Shown in pieces: positions 16,952 through 24,000 of a stretch of DNA of 24,000 bases (positions are counted from its first letter, which is position 1; the number at the start of each line of letters is the position of its first letter). The position numbers and the translations under genes were made by a program. This DNA is from Thermobrachium celere DSM 8682. Lineage in GTDB: Bacteria > Bacillota > Clostridia > Clostridiales > Caloramatoraceae. The notes under the pieces are model-generated. The model was not told the DNA's origin and searched no databases. It saw nothing but the letters and a program-made list of their open reading frames with translations. The stretch covers positions 1,609,964-1,633,963 of the forward strand of contig NZ_HF952018.1 of the NCBI RefSeq assembly GCF_000430995.1, in the 5' to 3' direction.

Positions 16952-17675
16952 TAAACATCACATCCGTTCCCTTAAATACTGGTCCATCTACACACACCCT
17001 TTTTTTGCCCTCCTTAGTGTTGCAGGCACATCCAAGACAAGCTCCTACCCCACAGGCCATTTTGTTTTCCATAAGAACATATACAGGCGTTGCATAGTTT
17101 TTACACATCTCAACAACCCTCTTCATCATAACCTCTGGTCCACAGCATATTACAACATTATACTCAAAGGGATTAAAAATCTCTGTTATAAATCCCTTAA
17201 AGTAGCCTTCATCCTTTTCAGATGTAACATATATATTTGTACAATACTTTCTAAATTCATCTATTAAATAGGGGCTTTTATTAAATCCTGCATAAAGGTC
17301 AATCTCTCCATCTAGCCCCTTTGCTATCTGAAGCATTGGAGCAATTCCTATTCCACCAGATATTAGTGCTATTTTTCCTTTAAATTTTTGTGTATCAAGT
17401 CCATTACCAATAGGTCCTAATACATATACTTTATCCTCAGGCTTTAGACTACTTAATATTTTTGTTCCTCTTCCCTTTACCTGATAAGCAAACTTTACTA
17501 CTCCATCCTCTACACTATGAACACTTATTGGCCTTGCAAGAATAGGCTCCTCATCCCAAGCCTTAAGCATATAAAACTGTCCTGCCTTAACATCATCACC
17601 TATTATTAAGCTTAAAACGTATATATCCTCTTCAACCTTTATGTTTGAATAGACTAAAACCTCTTTATATTCCAT
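16944..17675 (-). CDS. pyrK: Dihydroorotate dehydrogenase B, electron-transfer (FAD/[2Fe-2S]) subunit
   Basis: 243 aa. C-terminal [29 protein letters not shown] [2Fe-2S] motif. Confidence 0.9.
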   Translation of the reverse strand: MEYKEVLVYSNIKVEEDIYVLSLIIGDDVKAGQFYMLKAWDEEPILARPISVHSVEDGVVKFAYQVKGRGTKILSSLKPEDKVYVLGPIGNGLDTQKFKGKIALISGGIGIAPMLQIAKGLDGEIDLYAGFNKSPYLIDEFRKYCTNIYVTSEKDEGYFKGFITEIFNPFEYNVVICCGPEVMMKRVVEMCKNYATPVYVLMENKMACGVGACLGCACNTKEGKKRVCVDGPVFKGTDVMFSA

Positions 17676-18522
17676 TTAAAATCTCCTCCCTCATATTTAA
17701 TACCTCTTTTCTTGCAGACGCATCAAAGGCATCATCATACTTTTTATATGCAAGAAGAACTGCCCTTGAGGAATTTACAACTCCTCCATTTTTGCCGTTC
17801 ATAAGTTTTCTTACATCCTCTTTAGTTCCTCCCTGTGCACCATAGCCTGGTATTAAGAAGAAGCTATCTTTATACCTTTCTCTTATATTTACTATCTCTT
17901 GTATGTCAGTACATCCTACAACAAAACCTATACTGCTGTATCCATACTCACCTTTATATTCTTTTGCCACTTTATAGAACAAATCTCCAACATGTTCATA
18001 TACTCTCTTGCCATCATTTAGCCTCATCATTTGTATGTCCCTTGAACCTCTATTTGAGGTTTTTAGGAGTATAAATATGCCCTTCTCCTTATCCTTTACA
18101 TAGCCTAAATATTCATCTATGCTATCTAATCCCATATAGGGATTTAGTGTTATAAAATCTCCCTCAAAGTCCCCTTCAAAGTGTGCCTTTGCATACATCT
18201 TTGCTGTACTTGAGATGTCACTTCTCTTTATATCACATATTGCTATAAGTCCCTTTTGTCTTAAATACTCTAAAGTCTTCTTATAAACTTCAAGCCCACA
18301 AATTCCAAGTACCTCATAATATGCTATCTGAACCTTGTAGCAGGAGGCTATATCTTCAGTTGCATCTATTATCCTTCTATTGAAATCAAATAGGGCACTA
18401 TATTCATCCTTATGCTTTTTTATAAAATCTTGTGGTATATAATCTATTGAAGTATCAAGTCCAACACATACAGGACCTCTTTCTTCTACATATTTATACA
18501 ACTTGTCTATTATCACTTTCAT
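17665..18522 (-). CDS. pyrF: Orotidine-5'-phosphate decarboxylase (type 2, long form)
   Basis: Contains GPVCVGLDT, the DIKRSDI active-site motif and LIPGYGAQGG. The ORF-track start at 18540 is a TTG. I prefer the ATG at 18522 (MKVIIDKL) or the GTG at 18513, because GAGGTG lies just upstream. The start is uncertain by 9-18 nt. Confidence 0.88.
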   Translation of the reverse strand: MKVIIDKLYKYVEERGPVCVGLDTSIDYIPQDFIKKHKDEYSALFDFNRRIIDATEDIASCYKVQIAYYEVLGICGLEVYKKTLEYLRQKGLIAICDIKRSDISSTAKMYAKAHFEGDFEGDFITLNPYMGLDSIDEYLGYVKDKEKGIFILLKTSNRGSRDIQMMRLNDGKRVYEHVGDLFYKVAKEYKGEYGYSSIGFVVGCTDIQEIVNIRERYKDSFFLIPGYGAQGGTKEDVRKLMNGKNGGVVNSSRAVLLAYKKYDDAFDASARKEVLNMREEILNGI

Positions 18523-19705
18523 CACCTCTTTTATAAACAACCCTTCCTGCCTTTATTGTCATTACAACCTCTCCATAAATCTCCATATCGTTAAAGGGTG
18601 TGTTTTTACCCTTTGAAACAAAACATCTTGAATCAACTCTATACTTTTTATTTAAATCCACCAAAACAACATCCCCATCAAATCCTACATCTATCTGTCC
18701 CTTATTTAACCCCATAAGCTTTGATGGATTTTTAGACATTAGCTTACTTAGGGTTTTTAAGTCAATATGGCCCTCTTTTACAAGATATGTGTAGCATACC
18801 GAAAAGGCAGTCTCAAGCCCTGAAATTCCAGGTGCTCCCTTTTCCTTATCCTCCTTTGTATGAGGTGCATGGTCAGTTGCAATTACATCCACATATCCAT
18901 TCTTTATTGCATATATTAATCTATCCACATCCTCCTTTTTTCTAATTGGAGGATTAACTTTGTAATCATTATCAAATAGAGCTATATGGTGGGGAGTAAC
19001 CTCACAGGTAACATTTACACCCTCCTTTTTTGCCCTAATTATTTCATTTATCGATTCCTTAGTGCTAACGTGGGCAACATGAAGGGATGCTCCTGTAAAT
19101 TTTGCAAGGGAGATATCTCTAATTGTCATTATGTTTTCAGACAGCCTTGTATCAACCTTTGAAATGTCCTCATCCTCTGCGTGAGAAATTACAGTTATAC
19201 CCATCTTTTTTGCCTTCATCATAGCATCCAGCATAACCTTGCTTCTTAATACTCCCTTTCCATCATCTGATATAAACCTTGTTGGAAATTTCAATTCATC
19301 AAGATGTGATATATCCGTTCCTTCCATATTTCTTGTGATTGTAACGGTTTGATGAATATCAATTAGATTTATCTCCTTAGATTTTGATATGACGTATTCT
19401 AAAATACTACTATTTGAACAGGGTGGATTTGTATTTCCCATTAGATTTACTCCAGTATATCCTCCCTTTACAGCTGCTAAACTTCCTGTTAATATGTCTT
19501 CCTTGTAGGTAAACCCTGGGTCTCTAAAATGGCAGTGCATATCCACAAATGAGGGAAGAAGCACAAGGCCCTTCCCATCAATAATGCTACACTCCCTATT
19601 AATTCCTAATCCTACTTCCTTTATTACTCCATTTTCTATATAAACATCTAATATTTCATCCCTATTTAAATCTACAACCCTTGCGTTTTTAATTAAAATA
19701 TTCAT
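18494..19705 (-). CDS. pyrC: Dihydroorotase
   Basis: 403 aa from the ATG at 19705 (MNILIKNARVVDL...). Metal ligands DMHCHFRDPG. GGAGGT sits inside the pyrI 3' end. The longer ORF-track start (19777) would overlap pyrI by 71 nt and has no RBS. Confidence 0.92.
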   Translation of the reverse strand: MNILIKNARVVDLNRDEILDVYIENGVIKEVGLGINRECSIIDGKGLVLLPSFVDMHCHFRDPGFTYKEDILTGSLAAVKGGYTGVNLMGNTNPPCSNSSILEYVISKSKEINLIDIHQTVTITRNMEGTDISHLDELKFPTRFISDDGKGVLRSKVMLDAMMKAKKMGITVISHAEDEDISKVDTRLSENIMTIRDISLAKFTGASLHVAHVSTKESINEIIRAKKEGVNVTCEVTPHHIALFDNDYKVNPPIRKKEDVDRLIYAIKNGYVDVIATDHAPHTKEDKEKGAPGISGLETAFSVCYTYLVKEGHIDLKTLSKLMSKNPSKLMGLNKGQIDVGFDGDVVLVDLNKKYRVDSRCFVSKGKNTPFNDMEIYGEVVMTIKAGRVVYKRGDESDNRQVV

Positions 19706-19706
19706 A

Positions 19707-20138
19707 TTACACCTCCATATTTGAATAGGCCTCATCACAGTATAAGCATCTATATTCTCCTCTCTCGCTATCAACAAGGTAGAATATATGCTTTATATTA
19801 GGCTCTATGGAGGTTACACATCTTGGATTTTTACACTTTATAATATCAACAACCTCTTCTGGCAAAGTAAGTTTTATCTTCTTTGTTATAACTTCATCTT
19901 CAATTATGTTTATTGTTATATTTGAGTCTATTAGCCCTAAAACCTCATAATTTAAATCAATTATATTCTCAATTTTTACAATATCCTTTCTTCCAAGCTT
20001 ACTACTCTCTGCATTTTTAATAAGTGCTACATTATAATCTGCCTTATCAAGTCCTAAATATTTAAATATGTGTATTCCAAGACCAGCCTTTATATGATCT
20101 ATTACAATTCCATTTTTAATGCTATCTATATTAAGCAT
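19707..20138 (-). CDS. pyrI: Aspartate carbamoyltransferase regulatory subunit
   Basis: 143 aa. [11 protein letters not shown]-terminal domain. The C-terminal Zn domain has the cysteines of CKNPRC...CLYC. Confidence 0.9.
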   Translation of the reverse strand: MLNIDSIKNGIVIDHIKAGLGIHIFKYLGLDKADYNVALIKNAESSKLGRKDIVKIENIIDLNYEVLGLIDSNITINIIEDEVITKKIKLTLPEEVVDIIKCKNPRCVTSIEPNIKHIFYLVDSERGEYRCLYCDEAYSNMEV

Positions 20139-21063
20139 TTTCTTCCACCCCCAAAAGTTTCATAATAAGTGCCATTCTAACGTACATTCCGTACTTTGCC
20201 TGTTTAAAATAGCAGGCCCTTTTATCTTCATCTACCTCATAGTCAATCTCATTTACCCTTGGAAGTGGATGCATTATAATCATGTCTTCCTTTGCCCTAT
20301 TTACCTTTTCCATATCAAGTATATAGCTGTCCTTAAGCCTTAAATATTCCTCTTCATTAAAGAACCTCTCTCTTTGGATGCGTGTCATATAGAGTATATC
20401 AAGTTCTCCTATAACCTCTTCTAACTTTTCTACTTCTACATACTCTATACCCTTTTTATCTAACACTTCTTTTCTTATATAATCTGGTACTCTTAATTCC
20501 TTTGGGGATATTAAAATGAACCTGTTGTTTTCATATCTTGACATGGCCTTAATTAAGGAATGAACAGTTCTACCAAACTTCAAATCTCCACACAGACCTA
20601 TTGTAAGATTTGAAAATTGGCCCTTTAGACATTTTATTGTAAGAAGATCTGTTAATGTTTGAGTTGGATGTTGGTGTCCACCATCACCTGCATTTATAAC
20701 AGGAATAGATGAGTACATTGAGGCAAGTTTTGGTGCTCCCTCTTTAGGATGCCTCATAACAGCGATATCTGCATAACAGGATATGGTTCTTATTGTGTCT
20801 CTTATGCTTTCTCCCTTTGCAACTGAAGATGAGTTTGGTTCTGAAAAGCCTATTACACTTCCACCCAGCCTTAACATTGCAGCCTCAAAACTAAATCTTG
20901 TTCTTGTGCTAGGTTCATAGAAAAGAGTTGCTAAAAGTTTTCCTCTGCAAGCATCTTTAAATCTGTCTTCATCCTCAATTATCTTTTCTGCTAGTGAAAA
21001 GATTTCATCAAGCTCGTAAGTTGTAAAATCCATGGGGTCAATTAGGTGTCTTCCCTTTAACAT
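20131..21063 (-). CDS. pyrB: Aspartate carbamoyltransferase catalytic subunit
   Basis: 310 aa. Contains the [13 protein letters not shown] carbamoyl-phosphate motif, HPTQ and HPLPR. AAAGGAGG RBS. Confidence 0.93.
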   Translation of the reverse strand: MLKGRHLIDPMDFTTYELDEIFSLAEKIIEDEDRFKDACRGKLLATLFYEPSTRTRFSFEAAMLRLGGSVIGFSEPNSSSVAKGESIRDTIRTISCYADIAVMRHPKEGAPKLASMYSSIPVINAGDGGHQHPTQTLTDLLTIKCLKGQFSNLTIGLCGDLKFGRTVHSLIKAMSRYENNRFILISPKELRVPDYIRKEVLDKKGIEYVEVEKLEEVIGELDILYMTRIQRERFFNEEEYLRLKDSYILDMEKVNRAKEDMIIMHPLPRVNEIDYEVDEDKRACYFKQAKYGMYVRMALIMKLLGVEENA

Positions 21064-21105
21064 ATTATCTCCTCCTTTTTAGCCTCACTGGGCTAATTTA
21101 AAGGT

Positions 21106-21132
21106 ATAAAAAATCCTTCCCCTGCGGGAAGG
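21106..21132 (-). terminator. pyr leader attenuator terminator
   Basis: The minus-strand RNA reads CCUUCCC-GCAG-GGGAAGG followed by AUUUUUU. The arms are at 21126-21132 and 21115-21121. It lies 43 nt upstream of the pyrB ATG. Confidence 0.8.
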
Positions 21133-21156
21133 CATAATACACCCGTTGATCTTCTC

Positions 21157-21192
21157 AACCTTCCCAGCCTCTCTGGACTGTTTTTAAAGGTT
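21157..21192 (-). promoter_or_regulatory. PyrR-binding anti-antiterminator hairpin of the pyr leader
   Basis: The minus-strand RNA reads AACCUU-UAAAAA-CAG-UCCAGAGAGG-CUG-GG-AAGGUU. AGUCCAGAGAGGCU (complement of 21166-21179) matches the PyrR box ARUCCAGAGAGGYU. GGGAAGG (complement of 21159-21165) can instead pair with the 5' terminator arm CCUUCCC to form the antiterminator. Confidence 0.8.
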
Positions 21193-21223
21193 TTTATTAT
21201 AGTACCATATTTTTTATTTCAAG

Positions 21224-21757
21224 TCAATTATTTTTCAACTCATTAACCAGCTGTTTTATTTTCTTCTTATCACTTTCACTCATACTGTTGTCCTTTAATA
21301 ATTTCTGTAAATCTTCAACCATTTTTGGTTTTTCAATATATTTATCAGCAAAAACCTTAAGGAGCTTTGATACCTCATCTGTATCAAGTTTAAGTATCTG
21401 CCTCATGAATTCATCTGGATTTTTCTTGTATTTATTAAATATAATATCGTTATATATCTTCTGTGCTGATCCTTGTAAATTTTTACCTTGTTTTATAAAT
21501 TTACTTAAATTATCAAAATCTATTAAATCAAAACTTTTAATTATGGAAAGTATATTATTCTGTTTGTCCTTATCTATTTTAGACAAATCAAGGCCATCTG
21601 ATTTTATTATTTTCTTAACATCCTCTAGCTTTATATCTGAAAGCTTATTTATAGCCTCTATATTTAAACCTTTGTTCTTCTCTATGTTTTTATATACCAT
21701 CAAAAGACCAAATACCAATAGCATGAATATTATCAAATTAATAATCCTTTTCAACAT
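21224..21757 (-). CDS. Hypothetical N-terminally membrane-anchored, Lys/Asp/Glu-rich helical protein (177 aa)
   Basis: The start is placed at the ATG at 21757 (MLKRIINLIIFMLLVFGLLMVY...), preceded by GGGAGG (21768-21763). One TM anchor is followed by a highly charged, low-complexity region. No family recognised. Confidence 0.5.
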   Translation of the reverse strand: MLKRIINLIIFMLLVFGLLMVYKNIEKNKGLNIEAINKLSDIKLEDVKKIIKSDGLDLSKIDKDKQNNILSIIKSFDLIDFDNLSKFIKQGKNLQGSAQKIYNDIIFNKYKKNPDEFMRQILKLDTDEVSKLLKVFADKYIEKPKMVEDLQKLLKDNSMSESDKKKIKQLVNELKNN

Positions 21758-21845
21758 ATACACCTCCCAAATAATTATATGTTTAGTAATATTTATATTA
21801 TACATTAAATATAATTATAGTGTAAGTAATATTAGGAGGTCCACT

Positions 21846-22040
21846 ATGGATAAACTCTGCAAGGTTGCATATGTTCTTGTACTTATTGGTGCCATCAATT
21901 GGGGACTCATAGGCTTCTTTAATTTAGACCTAGTTGCAACTATATTTGGTGGCCCAGAAGCTATCCTTTCAAGAGTTATCTATGCCCTTGTAGGTCTCTC
22001 TGGACTCATCCTAATCTACAAAAAATTAGCTAAAAAGTAA
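21846..22040 (+). CDS. DUF378-family small membrane protein (64 aa), paralog of 15265-15489
   Basis: MDKLCKVAYVLVLIGAINWGLIGFFNLDLVATIFGG... carries the classic DUF378 INWGL...DLVA..FGG signature. AGGAGG (21834-21839) precedes the ATG at 21846. The 250-aa ORF in the track is an upstream antisense read-through artefact. Confidence 0.75.
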   Translation: MDKLCKVAYVLVLIGAINWGLIGFFNLDLVATIFGGPEAILSRVIYALVGLSGLILIYKKLAKK

Positions 22041-22061
22041 ATATGGGCTTTATGCCCATAT
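22041..22061. terminator. Bidirectional terminator between the DUF378 gene (+) and the MOSC gene (-)
   Basis: ATATGGGC-TTTAT-GCCCATAT with an 8-bp stem. AAAAAGTAA lies upstream and TTTACTTTTTT downstream. Confidence 0.7.
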
Positions 22062-22069
22062 TTACTTTT

Positions 22070-22465
22070 TTATAACTTTATTTCATCACCTATTTTTATA
22101 ACTCCATCTTGAATAGCCCTTATAAACACAGCTGATCTTAACGGGCAATAACTACCATCTTGTACAAGAATACACTCTTTAAAACATTCCTTTTTTCTTA
22201 CAACTTCAAAATTAATTTGTCCTATTTTAAATATCTGTCCTAATTTTAAATCTAGCTTTTCATCAAGTAAAATATTATATTTATACCTTTTAGAACATAG
22301 TCCCTTTGGATTCAATGGCTCATCAAAATAAACTGCACAATCTAACAATTCCTTCCCTTTTTTATATGATCCCTTTATTCCTCCACCCTTTACTACTTCA
22401 ACCTCTTTTAAATCCAATTCATTACCTGAAACATCTTCTAATCTTATCTTTATCAACCTACTCAT
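22070..22465 (-). CDS. Small MOSC-domain protein (131 aa)
   Basis: The start is placed at the ATG at 22465 (MSRLIKIRLEDV...), preceded by AGGTGA. The C-terminal pattern IGQINFEVVRKKECFKECILVQDGSYCPLRSAVFIRAIQDGVIKIGDEI resembles stand-alone clostridial MOSC proteins (KEC..C...G.C.....F......G.I..GD). Confidence 0.6.
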   Translation of the reverse strand: MSRLIKIRLEDVSGNELDLKEVEVVKGGGIKGSYKKGKELLDCAVYFDEPLNPKGLCSKRYKYNILLDEKLDLKLGQIFKIGQINFEVVRKKECFKECILVQDGSYCPLRSAVFIRAIQDGVIKIGDEIKL

Positions 22466-22487
22466 TCTATCACCTAAAACACATGTA

Positions 22488-23240
22488 TCATATTTTATAT
22501 TGTTCAAAATGCTTTCCCTTATAGATAAATGCATTAACTGGGCATTGATGTATACACCTTTGACAACATATACAATTATCTTTAAATTCTATTTTTTCTT
22601 TAAAACTTATATTTTTAGTTGGACAATTTTTTACACACTTTAAACATCTAACACAAAGGCTGTAGTCAACATTTAATTTTTTCCTTGCCCATGATTTTGC
22701 ATATTTTAAAAATAATTCATAGCTTAATTTAGCATATTTTTTCCTAATAGGCGTAACATTCTTAATCCTTGTTTTTCCATTCAAAAAATCTTCTACAATT
22801 TCACAGACATATTCCTTTGCTCTCTTCTTTCTTCTTTCAACCTCTTGTTCACTATCCTTATCAAATGCAACAACATAAAAATTATTAGGCATAGTTATAT
22901 ATTCAATTACATCAACAGAAAACCCTTTGTTTTTTAAAATGTCTGCTAATATATTTGCTCCTGATGCTCTTTTTGCTGCTTGGGTTGAAAAAACAATACA
23001 TCTTCTTCCATTTCCATTTAAAACCTTCTCATTGACCCACTCCATAAAAGGTTTTGGGAACATTTCAGAATGAATACAACCTCCAAAAACTAAAAAGGAA
23101 TAGTCATCATTAAAACTTATTTTTTTACTAGCATCTATCAAGGTTACACTATGACCTTTTTGTTCTAACGCATCCTTAAAGAGCTTTGCTACAAACTCCG
23201 TATTACCCGTTCCCGAAAAATATATAACTGCCCCCCTCAA
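22488..23240 (-). CDS. Flavodoxin-like domain fused to a 2x[4Fe-4S] ferredoxin domain
   Basis: 250 aa. N-terminal AVIYFSGTGNTEFVAK is a flavodoxin FMN-phosphate loop. C-terminal CVRCLKCVKNCP and CICCQRCIHQCP. A TTG start at 23240 lies 6 nt after a strong AAGGAGGT, which sits within the last codons of the upstream gene. Confidence 0.75.
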   Translation of the reverse strand: MRGAVIYFSGTGNTEFVAKLFKDALEQKGHSVTLIDASKKISFNDDYSFLVFGGCIHSEMFPKPFMEWVNEKVLNGNGRRCIVFSTQAAKRASGANILADILKNKGFSVDVIEYITMPNNFYVVAFDKDSEQEVERRKKRAKEYVCEIVEDFLNGKTRIKNVTPIRKKYAKLSYELFLKYAKSWARKKLNVDYSLCVRCLKCVKNCPTKNISFKEKIEFKDNCICCQRCIHQCPVNAFIYKGKHFEQYKI

Positions 23241-23244
23241 GTCG

Positions 23245-23598
23245 TTACCTCCTTCTTACTAGATACAACCTTAAAACTTCATCTTCTGCCTCTATTTTAA
23301 AATCATCAACCATCATACCAACTAAATTTGTTTCATCTGATGTATAACAATCACCTGTCAAATTCCAATATAACTCTTCAACCTCTCTATATCTTTGAAC
23401 AGAAAAAAGTTTATCTAAATGCTCTATAACATCCTGCATCTCTTTTTTATCCTTTAGCCTAACCTTAAATTTTATATTTGTTTCTGCCTCATTAAAATCT
23501 ATTGTAGATGTAATGTGGCATGTATGAGTATGCTCTATAAAATATTTATATACTTCGTCTACGATCTTTAATATTTTGCTTCTTTCTTTGCTTAACAT
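23245..23598 (-). CDS. Hypothetical small cytoplasmic protein (117 aa)
   Basis: The preferred start is the ATG at 23598 (MLSKERSKILKIV...), 10 nt after AGGAGA and 1 nt after the upstream stop. The ORF-track start at 23625 would overlap the upstream gene by 26 nt. No family recognised. Confidence 0.45.
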   Translation of the reverse strand: MLSKERSKILKIVDEVYKYFIEHTHTCHITSTIDFNEAETNIKFKVRLKDKKEMQDVIEHLDKLFSVQRYREVEELYWNLTGDCYTSDETNLVGMMVDDFKIEAEDEVLRLYLVRRR

Positions 23599-23599
23599 T

Positions 23600-24000
23600 T
23601 TATGCATTTCTCCTTTCAAATGCATTTATCAATGGAATTAAAAACATAGCTACAAGTCCACCTGCAAAACCGTTGTTATATAAGTTAATTCCTCCATGTA
23701 AATATCCAACGCTTAAAGACATAGATACATGTAAAAATCCTGCTAAAACACCCCATAGCACTCCAAATTCACCACTTATAGGTGCTAGTGTTGTGCAAAA
23801 TAACATAGCTAGAACCACTGCTGGAGAAGTTACACTGTGTACATTTAAATACGATGATATTGCTGCTCCAAATACAACAGGCAATGTGTTATTAAAATGT
23901 TTTCCTAAAGCAGCAAAACCTACTATAGTAAATAAAGCTCCAATTGTTGGACCATTTAAGTTACTAATTAGTAGGATAAAAATCATATAAAATATCCCCA
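23600..24000 (-). CDS. Polytopic membrane protein, DUF1576-like; C-terminal part only (the reading frame stays open to the right edge)
   Basis: The frame stays open upstream of the M at 23986 (codons ...G-I-F-Y-M), so the gene continues beyond 24000. It is hydrophobic and Gly/Ala-rich, and the motif GGINLYNNGFAGGLVA recalls DUF1576 proteins. The family call is from memory only. Confidence 0.5.
   Translation of the reverse strand, partial: GIFYMIFILLISNLNGPTIGALFTIVGFAALGKHFNNTLPVVFGAAISSYLNVHSVTSPAVVLAMLFCTTLAPISGEFGVLWGVLAGFLHVSMSLSVGYLHGGINLYNNGFAGGLVAMFLIPLINAFERRNA

Noticed and set aside
16746-17267. 173-aa plus-strand ORF antisense to pyrD and pyrK. Similar antisense ORFs occur at 542-787, 1472-1759, 2181-2624, 3183-3434, 5068-6184, 7171-7485, 9391-10459, 14351-14758, 15599-15835, 16329-16637, 17645-18074, 18600-18794, 20119-20343, 22306-22524 and 23673-23990.
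   Set aside because: These are shadow ORFs opposite well-supported genes. They have Ser/Leu/Phe/Ile-rich low-complexity translations, no Shine-Dalgarno sequences and no recognisable domains.
18157-18180. In-frame tandem FEGD-FEGD repeat in PyrF (TTTGAAGGGGAC TTTGAGGGAGAT on the minus strand)
   Set aside because: The two 12-nt units differ at three synonymous positions, so this is not recent slippage or a phase-variation tract. It is probably normal variation in a surface loop.
19706-19777. The 24-codon N-terminal extension of pyrC in the ORF track. Similar extensions occur at 15211-15264, 21758-21805, 22466-22534, 23599-23625 and 18523-18540.
   Set aside because: The extensions overlap upstream genes or lack an RBS. 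Internal ATG starts have properly spaced SD sequences and match the usual family N-termini.
21288-21845. The upstream 186 codons of the 250-aa plus-strand ORF (21288-22040)
   Set aside because: This part is antisense to the 21224-21757 gene and has a low-complexity translation. Only the last 65 codons (21846-22040) have an AGGAGG SD and the DUF378 signature.
1-24000. Searched by eye for CRISPR arrays, IS or transposon ends, integrase, recombinase or phage genes, toxin-antitoxin pairs, defence-system ATPases or nucleases, and tRNA/rRNA genes
   Set aside because: No spaced direct-repeat arrays, long terminal inverted repeats or GC-skewed islands are visible. Every large ORF is accounted for by metabolic, transport or regulatory families. 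The window looks like core chromosome rather than an accessory island.

Overview
Low-GC, Clostridium-like Firmicute chromosomal segment. It is densely packed and almost entirely minus-strand coding. I found no transposase or integrase, CRISPR array, tRNA/rRNA or recognisable defence gene. Content from left to right: (1) An alpha-glucoside phosphorylase utilisation locus. It holds a partial GalT-like gene, two CUT1 ABC permeases, a lipoprotein solute-binding protein, a LacI regulator and a GH65 phosphorylase, with a divergent beta-phosphoglucomutase. The intergenic region carries three copies of a CAAAAACGTTTTTG-type palindromic operator over two promoters. (2) A self-contained three-gene operon: a YjjI-type half-size glycyl-radical enzyme, its YjjW-type activase and an EamA/DMT transporter. 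The substrate is unknown, and this is the best candidate here for an undescribed system. (3) A MocR/GabR-type PLP regulator translationally coupled to ddl, preceded by nhaC. (4) A complete pyrB-I-C-F-K-D-E operon with a textbook PyrR-binding attenuator in its leader, bracketed by two opposite-strand DUF378 mini-membrane-protein paralogs. (5) A tightly coupled cluster of unknown function at the right edge: a partial DUF1576-like membrane protein, a small unknown protein, a flavodoxin-2x[4Fe-4S] fusion and a mini-MOSC protein. Most of the window is ordinary core metabolism. The novelty candidates are gene-context observations, not a demonstrably new system. All family assignments come from motif recognition by eye, with no database searches.
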